DNA of 64,000 nt from Pseudovirgaria hyperparasitica (lineage: Eukaryota). The translations under genes and the position numbers were made by a program. Position 1 is the first letter of the stretch, and each line of letters starts with the position of its first letter. Shown piece after piece: positions 63,423 to 64,000 of this stretch. The notes under the pieces were generated by a model. That model saw only the letters and a list, made by a program, of their open reading frames with translations, had not been told where the DNA came from and did not search any database. The stretch is from the NCBI GenBank assembly GCA_010093815.1, contig ML996576.1; one strand, 5' to 3'.

Positions 63423-64000
63423 TCAAGTATCCTTGACAACAGTAATGAGCATCCCATCATAGCTTTTCTCGCCAACCGTCTGAAGTGCGACAGCATCAAC
63501 TCTAGGATCCCTCCCAACTTTCTCAATCACCTCACGCGATCCTGCAACACTGGGATCCTCAAAGGCTTCCGGATTTGCTAACCTTCCTCCTCGTATCACA
63601 TTGTCGACAATGATCTGCGCTCGCGGTCTGCACATCTTTACTGCCGTGTCGAAGTAGAACCAATTGTTCGGCTTGTCCGCGTCAATGAAGACGAAGTCGA
63701 ACTTTTCACGCTTTCCAGCGTTGACATTAGCGAGCAGTTCTGGCAAGACGTCTCTACCAGCGCCGACAATCACCTCCACACGATCTGCATAGCCGGCAGC
63801 TGCAATGTTCTCTCTCGCAACGGCGGCGTGGTGCTCATTGACCTCGACCGTGACCACTCGGATTTCTGGGCTTGTGGCTGCAAGGAAAATTGAGCTGTAG
63901 CCGCCCAGTGTTCCAACCTCGAGAACGTTTCTTGCACCAATGAGCTTACACTGGAGCTGGAGGAACTTGCCCTGCGCAGCGGAGACGGCGATATCAGGGA
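63423..64000 (-). CDS. Cation-dependent O-methyltransferase (caffeoyl-CoA/MdmC-like), 5' end outside window
   Basis: Frame open to the window edge: VSAAQGKFL...VLEVGTLGGYS, FDFVFIDADK, IIVDNV, KSYDG. Confidence 0.93.
   Translation of the reverse strand, partial: PDIAVSAAQGKFLQLQCKLIGARNVLEVGTLGGYSSIFLAATSPEIRVVTVEVNEHHAAVARENIAAAGYADRVEVIVGAGRDVLPELLANVNAGKREKFDFVFIDADKPNNWFYFDTAVKMCRPRAQIIVDNVIRGGRLANPEAFEDPSVAGSREVIEKVGRDPRVDAVALQTVGEKSYDGMLITVVKDT

Noticed and set aside
1..64000. Secondary-metabolite cluster, or TGA-CTA read-through peroxisomal signals
   Set aside because: No backbone synthase; the P450-like gene, TF and methyltransferase are separated by housekeeping genes; the stop contexts checked lack the read-through motif.

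Overview
Gene-dense window from a filamentous ascomycete (Pezizomycotina, probably Dothideomycete-like), judged from short GT-AG introns with CTRAC branch points and RIP-like AT-rich relics. Recognisable housekeeping genes: RPL25, TIM8, HSF1, a ZUFSP/Mug105-type C78 deubiquitinase, PEP3/VPS18, a MARVEL protein, SEC72, striatin (PRO11/FAR8), H2A.Z, PIN4-like RRM-R3H, LIN1 and UFD1. Accessory genes: a truncated P450-like gene, an F-box protein, an AA9 LPMO, an 'ipa'-type protein with a HicA-like tail, a Zn2Cys6 factor, a Cys/His micro-protein, an atypical kinase with downstream repeat arrays, and an O-methyltransferase. Also an intron-containing tRNA-Ala(CGC) and a 500-bp MITE with 82-bp TIRs. 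The most interesting unexplained signal is a roughly 1.1-kb non-coding region (about 19.65-20.78 kb) arranged like a telomerase RNA core: an ACCCTAAC template, an adjacent boundary hairpin and nested enclosing helices. All calls are from manual reading; no searches were run.
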